NCBI GenBank assembly: GCA_964449215.1
Contig: CAYVAH010000017.1
Coordinates: forward strand, 1-15,450
Source: Candidatus Undinarchaeota archaeon
GTDB taxonomy: Archaea; SpSt-1190
Length of the DNA: 15,450 nucleotides
Direction of reading: 5' to 3'
Each line of letters opens with the position of its first letter. Positions within the stretch are counted from its first letter, which is position 1. The notes beneath the pieces were generated by a model that ran no database searches, was not told where the DNA came from, and worked only from the letters and a program-made list of their open reading frames with translations. Shown in pieces: positions 13,746 through 15,450 of the stretch. A program made the position numbers and the translations under genes.

Positions 13746-15450
13746 GTGTGTGGCATATTCGGTTATGTTGGGAAGGGGAACGTCTGCAAGGTCCTGCATC
13801 AGGGGCTGAAAAACCTTGAATACCGCGGGTATGATTCGGCGGGTATGGCTGCCCTCGGGAACTCTCTTTGCTTTGTCAAGAACGCCGGAACCATCGACCA
13901 GGTGTTCTGCGACGCCAAGCTGCCGGCGAGGGGGGTTGGGATAGCCCATACCCGCTGGGCCACCCACGGGAAGCCAAACAGCACCAACGCCCATCCCCAC
14001 TTCGATTGCAGGCACAGGATAGCAGTCGCACATAATGGAATAATAGAAAACCACGGGCAGCTCCGCGAGCAACTCCAGAAGAAGGGACACATATTCAGAA
14101 CCGAGACGGACACCGAGGTGATTCCCCATCTCATCGAGGAGCATCTACACCTGGGGCAGTTTGAGGCATTCAAGAAGGCTGTGGGACTTCTGAAGGGGAG
14201 CTACGCAATAGCCGCCATCCTGGACGGCTCAAACCGGATTTATTTCGCCCGGAACTTCAGCCCGCTCGTGCTTGGTGTCGGCAGGGAGTCCTACGTTGCC
14301 TCTGACGTCGTGGCTTTTCTCAGATGGACAAACAGGGCAGTCTTTATCGAGGACGGGGAACTCGGCTTCATCCACAAGGGGGGCTACTATATTGAAAGGG
14401 AAGGGACACCAGTGAAGAGGGAACCCGTTGTCATAGGATGGAGCTTCGAAGAAGCCGCCAAAGATGGCTATGACCATTTCATGCTCAAGGAGATATTCGA
14501 GCAGCCGAGGGTCGTGAAGGACACACTGGCTGACTCACGGCTGGAAAGCTTTGCCCGCCACCTCTCCAGGCTGGACCGCCTGGTTGTCACCTCCGCGGGA
14601 ACGTCCTACCATGCAGGCATGGCCTTCAAATACGTGTCAGCATTGCCGACAGAAGTCATAGTTTCTTCGGAATTCCTCCCTACCTACCGTGACGGTGAGG
14701 TCCTCGCGATAAGCCAGAGCGGGGAGACTGCAGACACCCTGAAAGCTGTGAGGCACGCCAAGTCCTGCGGCGCGCCCGTTGATGCCCTTGTGAATGTCGT
14801 GGGCTCCACGCTCACGCGCCTGGCCGAGCAGACAATATACACCCATGCCGGACCCGAAATCGGTGTAGCCGCCACGAAAACTTTTGTCTCGCAGCTGGCC
14901 GCCCTTTATGCCGTGGACAGGTTCATGAAGGGCGAGCCACTGTCAGACATCAACATCAAGCCGGCACTCCGGCTGAACAGGGAGCTCAGGAAGCTCGCCC
15001 TGAAACTCATGGACTCCAGAAACATGTTCTACATAGGGCGAGGGCCCAGCTATGTAACAGCCATGGAAGGCGCGTTGAAGATGAAGGAAATCGCCTACGT
15101 GCATGCCGAAGCCTATGCCGGGGGCGAGCTGAAGCACGGACCTCTGGCACTGATAGAGGAAGGAGTGCCAGTCGTGGCAATCTGCCCGGGGGGTGAGTGG
15201 AGAAAGAGAATGCTGGGGAATGTGGAGGAGGTAAAAAGCAGAGGTGCCACGATCATCGGGCTCGGGGAGGAAGGGGATGAAGAGTTGAAGGCACTGTCAG
15301 ATTTCTTCTTTGCCCTCCCGCCGGTGGAGGAAGAACTCTCGCCAGTTCTCTACACCGTGCCGCTGCAGTTGCTTGCCTACCACACAGCCGTTTTCCTAGG
15401 GAAGGACCCGGACAAGCCACGGAACCTCGCAAAGAGCGTCACCGTTGAGT
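13746..15450 (+). CDS. glmS: Glutamine--fructose-6-phosphate aminotransferase (isomerizing), GlmS; stop codon truncated by window edge
   Basis: Manually translated 568 codons with no stop: MCGIFGY, LEYRGYDSAG, AHTRWATHG, HNGIIEN, TDTEV, SQSGETADT, EGALKMKE, ELKHGP and C-terminal DKPRNLAKSVTVE, followed by T at 15450. Confidence 0.98.
   Translation, partial: MCGIFGYVGKGNVCKVLHQGLKNLEYRGYDSAGMAALGNSLCFVKNAGTIDQVFCDAKLPARGVGIAHTRWATHGKPNSTNAHPHFDCRHRIAVAHNGIIENHGQLREQLQKKGHIFRTETDTEVIPHLIEEHLHLGQFEAFKKAVGLLKGSYAIAAILDGSNRIYFARNFSPLVLGVGRESYVASDVVAFLRWTNRAVFIEDGELGFIHKGGYYIEREGTPVKREPVVIGWSFEEAAKDGYDHFMLKEIFEQPRVVKDTLADSRLESFARHLSRLDRLVVTSAGTSYHAGMAFKYVSALPTEVIVSSEFLPTYRDGEVLAISQSGETADTLKAVRHAKSCGAPVDALVNVVGSTLTRLAEQTIYTHAGPEIGVAATKTFVSQLAALYAVDRFMKGEPLSDINIKPALRLNRELRKLALKLMDSRNMFYIGRGPSYVTAMEGALKMKEIAYVHAEAYAGGELKHGPLALIEEGVPVVAICPGGEWRKRMLGNVEEVKSRGATIIGLGEEGDEELKALSDFFFALPPVEEELSPVLYTVPLQLLAYHTAVFLGKDPDKPRNLAKSVTVE

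Noticed and set aside
13656..15137. Several minus-strand ORFs (62-162 aa)
   Set aside because: Antisense shadows of glmS.

Overview
Compact, GC-rich archaeal chromosomal region. It carries archaeal EF-1alpha, aIF-2beta, uS10 and ABCE1 genes and TATA-box promoters; a DPANN-like lineage is plausible but not provable from this window. There are 18 supportable CDS: a tail-anchored hypothetical, rdgB, a DUF2207-like membrane protein, DUF167/YggU, a YafJ/EgtC-like class II amidotransferase, a 3-gene ABC-2 exporter, a membrane-anchored NERD nuclease, an MTH1-like Nudix hydrolase, an orphan, ABCE1/RLI, rpsJ, a ~495-aa orphan, tuf, aIF-2beta, a SecB-like protein and glmS. glmS is absent from the ORF track because its stop codon falls on the window edge. 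No tRNA, rRNA, CRISPR or transposase was seen. Highlights: (1) an AT-richer, opposite-strand orphan with five helical repeats sits between the normally adjacent tuf and rpsJ; (2) 13 genes have a TATA-like box 19-22 nt before their start codon, implying leaderless mRNAs, and 9 of these start with GTG; (3) a ~130-nt multi-hairpin element rich in GCGAAGC/GCGAAAGC mini-hairpins lies at the left edge.
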